Assembly: GCF_001194135.2 (NCBI RefSeq)
Contig: NC_068993.1
Coordinates: forward strand, 32,479,085 to 32,511,187
Length of the DNA: 32,103 nucleotides
Origin: Octopus bimaculoides
Lineage: Eukaryota
Direction of reading: 5' to 3'
In this document: positions 11,419 to 20,730 of the stretch, in pieces
Layout: each line of letters starts with the position of its first letter
How positions within the stretch are numbered: position 1 is the stretch's first letter
Program-made: the position numbers and the translations under genes
Notes under the pieces: model-generated
Seen by the model: only the letters and a program-made list of their open reading frames with translations
Database searches by the model: none
Told to the model about the DNA's origin: nothing

Positions 11419-11707
11419 TAATAAAGGTTTGAATAATCCACCTCTCGAAACATGAGTGCTTCGTTTATCATCCTTAAACAAACCTTATTCAGGGACTTTT
11501 TGAGCTGGAGGGATCACTCAACCTGAAGAAAATTCTAACCTGCAAAGTTATGCTTATCTTGATATGAAGTCACCATGTCGCGCACATATGGCTGTGATTG
11601 CATGTGCCTGATGTGCTCTTATCAGACGGGTAGTCATGATGGTTATATTAGGCTTCGTATATTTGTACCTCACGGTCACTATGATGGCATGCGCTGCTCT
11701 CTCACTC

Positions 11708-11751
<44 letters not shown>

Positions 11752-11772
11752 AGAAGGAGGAGGAGGAGGAAA

Positions 11773-12683
11773 ATGATTTTTTATTAACCACAAGGATTTG
11801 CATTGAGAAAAACATGACGGACAGCACACAAGACAAAACAGAGAACGTGTGTATGTGTGAGTCTGTTGTTGCGAGGGGTTTGCGTGTAAACAAGACTAAC
11901 AAATTTTTTTTAATTCTTTTAAATAAAAAAAAGAAAGAAAAAGAAAGTAAGAACTCAACAATGTTTAATCCGCAATAGAGAGACGTTCGAGAGCNNNNNN
12001 NNNNNNNNNNNNNNNNNNNNNNNNNNNNNNNNNNNNNNNNNNNNNNNNNNNNNNNNNNNNNNNNNNNNNNNNNNNNNNNNNNNNNNNNNNNNNNNNNNNN
12101 NNNNNNNNNNNNNNNNNNNNNNNNNNNNNNNNNNNNNNNNNNNNNNNNNNNNNNNNNNNNNNNNNNNNNNNNNNNNNNNNNNNNNNNNNNNNNNNNNNNN
12201 NNNNNNNNNNNNNNNNNNNNNNNNNNNNNNNNNNNNNNNNNNNNNNNNNNTTACCCTTATTTTCCTTTTCATGTAAAACTTGAAGAAGTTGATCAGAGAT
12301 TAGTCAAGGAGAAAAGTGTTTGTCTTCAGCCCCTTCAATCTCGTTCACCATACAACCTCTTTCATCATGGCCACCAGGCATATAAAAACAGCCTTTCCTT
12401 CCCGGTTAAAGGAAGGTGGCGGGGCGATCTTCACAAAGGATTCAGTTGACAGCTAGATCCGTCTTACACGCTACAGGTCAGTAATACTTAGACACTGGAC
12501 GAGTGCATGCAGGGCCGACTCGTCGTCCCGCACGCATCCCAGACATGCTCGGCTGACGGCACTTCCGTGCCTGTAAAGTTTATCTCGAACAGGCACTGCT
12601 CGGCGAGAGATTTTTGGAAATTATTCAACGGTTCCGGCCCGAAAGTTCTCTGGAAAAGAGCGACTAGCTGATCTTCTTCGACT
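11773..12683 (-). mobile_element. L1/Tx1-type LINE 3' fragment (spans gap 11995-12250)
   Basis: Minus strand VEEDQLVALFQRTFGPEPLNNFQKSLA and VRDKLYRHGSAVSRACLGCVRDDESALHALVQC (CCHC knuckle). The 3' UTR is homologous to 10884-11060. Confidence 0.88.
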
Positions 12684-12789
12684 AATGATAATAATATCTG
12701 CAGTGTATCAACTGCTACTGAAGCAAGCGTTCCTATCATCAGCATTACACTTATTCATACCGTCACTACATCCACTGCTCTTCCTTTGC

Positions 12790-12900
12790 AGTTGTTGTTT
12801 ATGCTAGTGCTGTTGTTGTTGTTTATGCTAGTGCTGTTGTTGTTGTTGTTGTTTATGCTAGTGCCGTTGTTGTTGTTTATGTTAGTGATGTTGTTGTTAC
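12790..12900. repeat. Compound minisatellite (GTT)n-TATGCTAGTGC(T/C)
   Basis: GTTTATGCTAGTGC occurs three times plus one degenerate copy, separated by variable (GTT) runs. Confidence 0.85.
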
Positions 12901-13213
12901 TTCTACTGCTACTGCTACTGATGATGATGATGATGATGGTAACACTAAAGTGATCTACTGTTTTTGTCATGTCTCTTTACAGTTTTCCGTGACAACTCCA
13001 TTATCTAATTATGAGAAACGTGCAACAACACTGCAATGATTCATCATACGACCACGTGAAAGATGAGCATAAACTGCATCCTTATCTACACTACTACCAC
13101 CGGCATCATCATAATCAATTATATCTGATGTAGACAAATAGGTTTACAACCGCACGCGTCCAAGTAACCATTACCACCATCATCCCAAACATCTAATAAT
13201 AATAATTATCATT

Positions 13214-13960
13214 ATTTCAATTTTTTGCCACAAGGACAGCTTGGGGAAGATGGAAATGAGTCGATTACGTCGACCGTAGTGTTCGGCTGGTACTTATTTT
13301 CTCGACCGAAAGCAAAGTCGACCTCAGCGGAATTTGAACTCACAACGTAGCGACGGGCGAAATACCGCTAAGTATTTCGTCCAGCGTGCTAACTGCCAGC
13401 TCGGCGCCTTAATAATAATAATAATTATTATTATTATTATTATTTCAAATTTTGCTACAAGGGCAACTTGGAGGAGTGAATTAAGTTGATTACATCGATC
13501 CCAGTGTGTGACTGGTACTTATTTAATCGACTCCGAAAGAATGAAAGCAAAGTCGACCACGGCGGAATTTAAACTCAGAATGCAAAGATAGACGAAATGC
13601 CGCTGAGCGTTTTGCCCGATGTACTAACAATTCTGCAAACTCGCAGCCTTAATAATAATAATAATGATGATGATGTCTTTATTAACCACAAAGGTTTACA
13701 TTAAGAAAAACATGGACGGCACAGGACAAAGCAAAGCGTGTGTGTATAATAATAATAATATTCCTTTCTACTGAAGGAACAAGGCCTGAAATTTGCAGGG
13801 ATGGGACTAGTCGATTACATCGACGCTAGTGTTTCACTAGCACTTAATTTATCGATTCGGTGAAATTTGAACGCAGAACGTAGCGACGGGCGAAATACCG
13901 CTAAGCATTTCGTCTAGCGTAGCAACGGTTCTGCCAGCTCGCTGCCTTAATAATAATAGC

Positions 13961-14005
<45 letters not shown>

Positions 14006-14297
14006 CCTTTCTACTATAGGCACAAGGTTCGAAATTTCGGGTGAGGTCTTAAGTCGATTACATTGACCCCCAGTACTCCACTGGTACTTAATTTATCGAC
14101 CCCGAAAGGATGAAAGACAAAGTCGACCTCGGCGGAATTTGAACTCTCAATGTAAGGACGGACGAAACGCTGCGAAACATTTTGCCCGGCGTCCTAACGA
14201 TTCTTTCAACTTGCCACCTTAATGATAATAACTTCAAATTTTGGCTCAAGGCCAGCAGTTTCGGTGACTGAGTTAATTTGATTACATCGCCGACTTG

Positions 14298-14365
<68 letters not shown>

Positions 14366-14760
14366 TTCTGCTATAGGTAAAAAGGGAAAAAAGGCCTGAA
14401 ATTTTGGGGGAGGGGACAAGTCGATTGAATCAACCCCAGTAGTTAACTGGCATTTTATTTTATCGACTTCAGAGATATGAATTTAAAGTTGACGTCTATG
14501 GTCTCAGAACTCGGGATGTAAAGTGAATGGAGAAATTAGGTGAAACATTTTCCGACGCTTTAACTATTTTGCCAGCTCACGGCTTAAATTCTGATTTAAG
14601 CGCATAACCAAACATTATGAGACAGAGTTTACTCGATACCACCGCACCTTATTTTATTGATCCCCAGAGGGATAAGAGGCAAAGTTAACCTGGACAGGAT
14701 TTGAACTCGGAATGTAAAGAGATGGAATGAATGCTGCAAGCTACTTCCGATACCCAAACA
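13214..14760 (-). mobile_element. Array of about 7 SINE family B copies separated by (AAT)n
   Basis: Copies at about 13214-13410, 13443-13650, 13762-13948, 14005-14220, 14232-14300 (partial), 14365-14586 and 14630-14760 (partial). They share CTGGTACTTA..TATCGAC, AAAGTCGACC and GGAATTTGAACTC (B-box GAGTTCAAATTCC on minus). All are on the same strand. Confidence 0.9.
13675..13746 (-). mobile_element. L1/Tx1-type LINE 3' tip
   Basis: TCTTTATTAACCACAAAGGTTTACATTAAGAAAAACATGGACGGCACAGGACAAAGC matches the 3' ends at 10884 and 11773. AAT runs on both sides. Confidence 0.8.
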
Positions 14761-14883
14761 ATTCAGCCCCAATAATCTTCTACCTTGTGAATGAACAGAA
14801 AGGATTTTTCACTAAATTGAGAACAGATTAAAAAGAAGAATGTTGTATTGTCCGAACCTTCTAAACTTTAAACATTTACCATG

Positions 14884-14930
14884 GTCTGTGTGTGTGTGTG
14901 TGTCTGTGTATGTGTACGTTTGCGTGTGTA

Positions 14931-14981
<51 letters not shown>

Positions 14982-15747
14982 AAGAGAAAGAATGAGAGAA
15001 GGAGAGAGAACGAACGAGAAAGAGAGAACGAGGGAAAGAGCGAGAGAAAGGGTGTGAGAGATAGAGAGTGAGAGAGAGGCATATGTGTGTGTGTTTACAT
15101 GTAAGAGAGAATGTGCTTGTGTGTAAGAGAAAGAGAGTGTGTGTGTACATGTGTGTGAATGTGTGTGCATGTATGTGCATGTGTGTGCATGTGTGTGCAA
15201 GTGTGTGCGTAAGAGTGTGTGTGCGCGCGCGTACCTTCATATCGGGTTGTCAGATGTATTCGTCCGTTTATTTTTATCCAAAAATTNNNNNNNNNNNNNN
15301 NNNNNNNNNNNNNNNNNNNNNNNNNNNNNNNNNNNNNNNNNNNNNNNNNNNNNNNNNNNNNNNNNNNNNNNNNNNNNNNNNNNNNNNNNNNNNNNNNNNN
15401 NNNNNNNNNNNNNNNNNNNNNNNNNNNNNNNNNNNNNNNNNNNNNNNNNNNNNNNNNNNNNNNNNNNNNNNNNNNNNNNNNNNNNNNNNNNNNNNNNNNN
15501 NNNNNNNNNNNNNNNNNNNNNNNNNNNNNNNNNNNNNNNNNNNNNNNNNNNNNNNNNNNNNNNNNNNNNNNNNNNNNNNNNNNNNNNNNNNNNNNNNNNN
15601 NNNNNNNNNNNNNNNNNNNNNNNNNNNNNNNNNNNNNNNNNNNNNNNNNNNNNNNNNNNNNNNNNNNNNNNNNNNNNNNNNNNNNNNNNNNNNNNNNNNN
15701 NNNNNNNNNNNNNNNNNNNNNNNNNNNNNNNNNNNNNNNNNNNNNNN

Positions 15748-15795
<48 letters not shown>
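14884..15795. repeat. (TG)n/(GA)n/(CT)n microsatellite field around gap 15287-15747
   Basis: Directly visible tracts. Confidence 0.9.
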
Positions 15796-15798
<3 letters not shown>

Positions 15799-16029
15799 CC
15801 TTGTCTCCATTGTTTCCTATCTCCACATTTCTATATATGACTCTTCATCTACGTCTACACACAACGTCCTCATGCCAAAGTCGTTTGAACAGTCATAGAC
15901 AAACTGCAGCCCGAATGACTGAATGACATACCTATCATAAAATTATCTTGAATTTTTTGAATAGTGCGGTCCACTTGATAATGAGCAATGTCTCATGCGA
16001 CCCGTATCTCGATAAAGGTTGTCCATTCC

Positions 16030-16175
16030 AGTGTTAGCACATCGGATAGAATGCAAAATGGCATTCGCTCCGGCTCCCTGTTCACTGAGTTCAAATTTTA
16101 CTAAGCTGAATTCATCTCTCAATCTTTTGGATCGTTAAATAAAGTACCAGGCCATTACTGAGGTCCATTCTTTAT
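16030..16175 (+). mobile_element. SINE family B, degenerate
   Basis: GTTAGCACATCGGATAGAATGC...CTGAGTTCAAATT...AAATAAAGTACCAG follows the family B order. Confidence 0.65.
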
Positions 16176-16409
16176 CCTGCTTCTTTCTCTCTGAAACAAA
16201 CGTTTATATTCAAACTTGAAGAAAGAAATGCACTCTGCCATGTTAAAATGGCCTCTACAAGCCTTGTGTCATGACGCCGCCCTCTACATCTCCATCATGA
16301 TTCAAGTCCCAATCCGCCCACATGCATACACACAAATACCCAAGTACTTTCTTTCACAGTTTGGTTTACCCTTTCTTTTGACATTTACACCAGTTTTTTC
16401 TTGTTAGTT

Positions 16410-16625
16410 GAAGGCGAAAAGTGACAAAAATAGCAGAGTGCCAGATAAAATACTTCACAATATTCAAACCTTTCTGTCCCTGTACGTTGAGGGATCAAAT
16501 TCGACCAGTGTCGAGTTCTGTTGTTTATCGCCCCAGGGTAACAGATACTTCTTCTGGGTGAGTTGATTCTTTCGACTATACCACTCCTCTTCAATTTTTA
16601 TATCTTTGTGCCAATGTAAGAAATC
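16410..16625 (+). mobile_element. SINE family B, very old copy
   Basis: AAGGCG...TAGCAGAGTGCCAGATAAAATACTT...GTACGTTGAGGGATCAAATTCGACC...TTCGACTA...CTTTGTGCC has the same motif order as family B. Confidence 0.5.
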
Positions 16626-17459
16626 AATATATACATCGCTTTCTTTCTCTTTCTTGCTATTCCTTCCCACCCTCCCGTGTATCTTTATCTGTATATTTAT
16701 GTAGCTTGTTATCGACTGCTATATCTATGTCTGTTTGTCTTCCCCCGTGCTCCATCTCTCAAAGGATTCTTCCCCTTCCTTCCTCTTACACTGCTTGTGT
16801 TGGTCGTGTAAAATCTGCTCGGATGGCGACGTAACTGACACGGAACATAAAGCCTACATTAACGGCAATTTCCGAAAAACAACCAGTGCCCCGCCATTAA
16901 CACACAAACACACACACAAATATAAACAAATACACGCATTACAAATCAAATATATATAGACATTACACATGTACATTATACACGCACATTACACACGACA
17001 TCATTCGATGTTCCGGAAAATAATATTACTGAATGAAAGGCGAAAGTCATATCTCCGTGACTTTCCGTCAAAATAAAAAAAAAAACGAAATGAAGGACAA
17101 TGTCGCCTGGTATTTTTTGTTAGTGTAACATACGACTTGTGAGAGTTCTCTACGGAGTAAACTAGAGGAAGGACTTAGGAAAAAGGAAGAGAATTGTTAT
17201 AATATGCTTGGTGGCCGATCTGTAGAGAATTATGGGTGGATTTCAGGAGCATAGTAGATGCATTAGAGCCGGAAAGACAGTTGTATATTGTTTCTTGTTA
17301 TTATGTTGGTGGTGATGATAGAGTAAGCTGAGGTAAAGATGGGAAACTAATAGGATGCGTGTGTTTAATGTTATTTAAAACATCAGTTCTCCTGTTCTAT
17401 CAATCAGATGGCTGTAAAATCTCTAAACTATATTGGTGGTGGGTAAGCTAATTACGGGT

Positions 17460-18140
17460 GATGATGATAGTGACGACGACGACGACTGTGATGGAGGAGG
17501 AGGAGGAGGAGGAGGTGGTGGTGGTGGTGGTACCAGAAAACAGTTTACTAGAGGACGTCGAAGAAAAAGGATAGGCCAATCGGTTTTTGATTCGATTAAG
17601 AGACATTGAGTTCTAAAAAGGTGGAGGATATGGCTGGAGAGGGAGGAATAAAACCATAAAAGACCAAGAAATTTGGAGATGAAGAGGAATCGTTATGGTG
17701 GAAGTTCATTGCAGTAATAAAAAATAGAATAAGCCATAACAGATAACGATGTAGTTGATGACGATGATGTTAATTAGTTATGGTGTTAGTGGAGGTGGTG
17801 GTGATAGTGATGGTAGTGACAATAGTGATGACGGTGATGGTGAATTACAATAGTAATAAGGTTTAGACGGTGTATTATTGTGGTGCCGTTAGTGACGTGG
17901 TTGCGGTGATAGCAATAGTAAATACGTTGTTGTTGTTGTCGTTGACGTGGTGATGTTGGTTTTGCTGCTGCTGTTGCTGCTGCTGCTGGTGGTTAGTGAG
18001 TGTTAGAATGGGAATTGAAAGTGCTCTAGCAACCACTATTCACTATTGCTGGACTTGTTCGGGGGTAAAGATGGTTGTTGTAATAATGGTGCTGGTGATC
18101 GTCGGAGTGATAATATTGATTGTTGTGGTTGTAATGGTGG
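17460..18140. repeat. Degenerate trinucleotide low-complexity region (GAT/GAC/GGA/GGT/GTT/GCT)
   Basis: Directly visible. Confidence 0.8.
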
Positions 18141-18261
18141 TTGTGGTGATTGTAGTAGCTATGATTTAGAACGATGCGAAAAATAACGGAGTTCATTTTT
18201 AATGGTTGATGTTGTTTATAGCACCTAGTCAATCCTAATAAAGCAAACCTATATTCAGAGA

Positions 18262-18403
18262 CTCTCCAGCCGTGAGCAACCCGTCTTTTTCTATCCATGA
18301 GCAAGGAAACCTGATTACACATTATCCAAAGTGTCTTTTTCAGGACATTAGGGTGTGAATTGAGGGAGATTTTGGCTGCTATCTCTTAACAAGTCGAGCG
18401 GCT
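18262..18403 (-). mobile_element. Interspersed repeat family C (SINE-like)
   Basis: CCAGCCGTGAGCAACCCGTCTTTT...ATTATCCAAAGTGTC...GAGGGAGATTTTGGCTGCTATCTC...GTCGAGCG is homologous to 6482-6660 and 19983-20110. Confidence 0.65.
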
Positions 18404-19019
18404 AATATATGGTGGTGGTGGTGGTGGTGGTGGTGGTGGNNNNNNNNNNNNNNNNNNNNGTTAATGATGGCCACAACAGTGGCCTTGCAAAGAGATACAG
18501 GAGGAGAAGGAGAAGGGGGGAAATTATGGATCATCCTCTATCTCATCCTCTCTCTCATGCGCGCGCGCGCAACCCCTCTCCTCTTGTCTCTCCTTTACTC
18601 TCGCTCCTCCCCATCAGTAAAATGAGGAGGACATGGATAAACAGACAGAAAGAGGGGCTGACAACTCACAAGGGGCTATGTAGTGGCGCCGGGCTATTAT
18701 CGTGGCGCCGGGCTATTATCGTTGCGCCGGCTGTCGATATTGTTGCAGAGAAACAATTTATCATTTAACCCTTCATTATAGATACACCTTCCCACCTCCA
18801 ACCCGCCCCCCAATTGTTGCCCACTCACACCCTACCCGAACATCTATTCCATCCATCCATCCATCCACACATCCTACCAACCACTGTACCCTCCCTTGCA
18901 ATCAGACCTTAATGGGAAGAAGGGGGCAGCGCTTTAAACGGCAATCGGAAAGAGAACAGGGGTTGGCAAGAGATGAAAAACCACAAAGATGGATGGAATG
19001 GAAACGGGTAGGGGAGCTA

Positions 19020-19860
19020 ACAGCGTAGGGAGAGATGATGGGGGGGAGGCATAAGGAAGGGGAGAGAGGTGGAGGAGAGAGAGATGAATGAATGGAAGAG
19101 GAAGAGAGAATGAGTGAGTGAGTGAGTGAGTGAGTTAATAGCGAAGCCGAGAGGGGAGGAAAAAATAAAGAAGAACGAACGAAAGAAAGATGGAGAGGAA
19201 AAAGAGAGAAATTTGGGGATATAGTAAGAGGAGAATAGTAGAGAATGAGATTGAGAATAAAAGAGAAAGGAAGAAGTGAGGAGGAGAGACCGACAGAGAG
19301 AGAGATAGAAAAGAGATAGAGTGATGGTTTAAAGAGAAGTGAAGAAGAGTGAATGGATGAAAGGCGAGGAGAAACAAGAGTGAAGTGGAACGAAGGATTG
19401 GGAGGAGAGAAAGATATATAGAAAATTGGACGGAGAAAAACAGAGAACGAGAGCAAATGTAGGGAGAGACAGATAGACCGATGTAAAGAGAAAAATAAAG
19501 GCAAGGACGAAATTATGGCGGCAGAGGGGAAGTAAAACAAAAACGCTTTAAAATGTGTTGGGGACAAGAGAAGGAACAAAAGAATCATTCGCTGGGAGAA
19601 TGATAATAGTGGATGTTTAATAACAATAACAATTAGACGTGGTCGTTGTTTCTTATACTCATCTTTATTTCTCGTCAATAGATGGTGGTTTGTTGTATGA
19701 CCAGATAAACTTCCATTTACAATCTTTATAGAATGACGGAGAGAGAGAAAGAGAGAAGGGAGGAGTGAAAGGAGGGAGAAAGGGAGAGAGACAGAGATAG
19801 ACAGACAAGCAGACAGACAGGCCGACAGACAGACAGACGGCAGACAGATTGACAGACAAA
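19020..19860. repeat. Purine-rich (GA/GGA/GACA) low-complexity tract
   Basis: Strong purine bias on the plus strand with (GAGT)n and (GACA)n runs. Confidence 0.8.
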
Positions 19861-19982
19861 CTGATAACAGTTGTCCACCTCATCAAAAGTCAATTGAATA
19901 GACAGTAAAGTGGCAGAGCGATGGACTGAATTGGCTTCCAGTTATGTTCCAGGATAGTCCGTGTATTTATTTATCTGGTTAA

Positions 19983-20215
19983 TTGTTTAAGCCTAGGTCA
20001 GCCCTGATAGAGCTTATTTTATATCAAAGGTAAACCAACCGTGACATCCTTCCTATTATTCAGTCATAGTGTATCTTGGATCACACAATTCAATGTCCAT
20101 GGGTTGAAACTAGCTCTAAAAGATAGGATTGTCACAACTGGAATAATTTTGGTAAAAGGTTTGCTCAAGTGAGGATGATTTGAGGCCAAACAAGAACAGG
20201 AGAATTAGGTTTATT
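19983..20215. mobile_element. Head-to-head pair of family C 3' parts
   Basis: GTTTAAGCCTAGGTCAGCCCTGAT...CCGTGACATCC (minus) and GGATTGTCACAACTGGAAT...GAGGCCAAACAAGAAC (plus) are degenerate reverse complements. Confidence 0.55.
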
Positions 20216-20234
20216 CGGGTTTTTCAATTCCCTC

Positions 20235-20605
20235 CAGTATTTAGTTCAGTCTTCCTACGCCATGAGTTCAAATCCAGTTATTGCTTAATCTCACCCCAGA
20301 ACCATTGTTCTTTTATTTTTTTATCTTTTTTTTCCTTTTGCTTCCGATCATTGAATTAAGGTCATACTTCTTACATCGATCTCTATTCATCGAATCATTA
20401 AATTACAGAACAAGCACAAAGCCATTAATTTTGAACAGGGGGTGGGGAGTTAGTCGACAGATCTTAGTATTTCACTGGTACCTTATTTTATTGCCTTTCA
20501 GCTCCCTGAGGTTGATAAAAAAAAGTACCAGTCAAATACTGAAGTAAATAGTATCGACCAATCCACTCAGATCAAAATTTCTGGCTTTGTACTTATTCTA
20601 CGAAC
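20235..20605 (+). mobile_element. SINE family B (+) interrupted by an antisense family B piece (20411-20493)
   Basis: B-box GAGTTCAAATCC at about 20265. The plus-strand body resumes GCCTTTCA...AAGTACCAG...CTGGCTTTGTAC at 20493-20605. A minus copy CACAAAGCC...CACTGGTACCTTATTTTATT lies between. Confidence 0.65.
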
Positions 20606-20610
20606 AATAT

Positions 20611-20648
<38 letters not shown>

Positions 20649-20670
20649 TATTATTATTATTATTATTATT

Positions 20671-20730
<60 letters not shown>

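Noticed and set aside
13214-14760. Regularly spaced repeats resembling a CRISPR array
   Set aside because: Units are about 200-bp diverged SINEs with microsatellite spacers in eukaryotic DNA, and there are no cas genes.
18902-19678. 258-aa minus-strand ORF rich in Leu/Ser/Phe
   Set aside because: Antisense of a purine-rich low-complexity tract, which is depleted of stop codons; no domain recognised.
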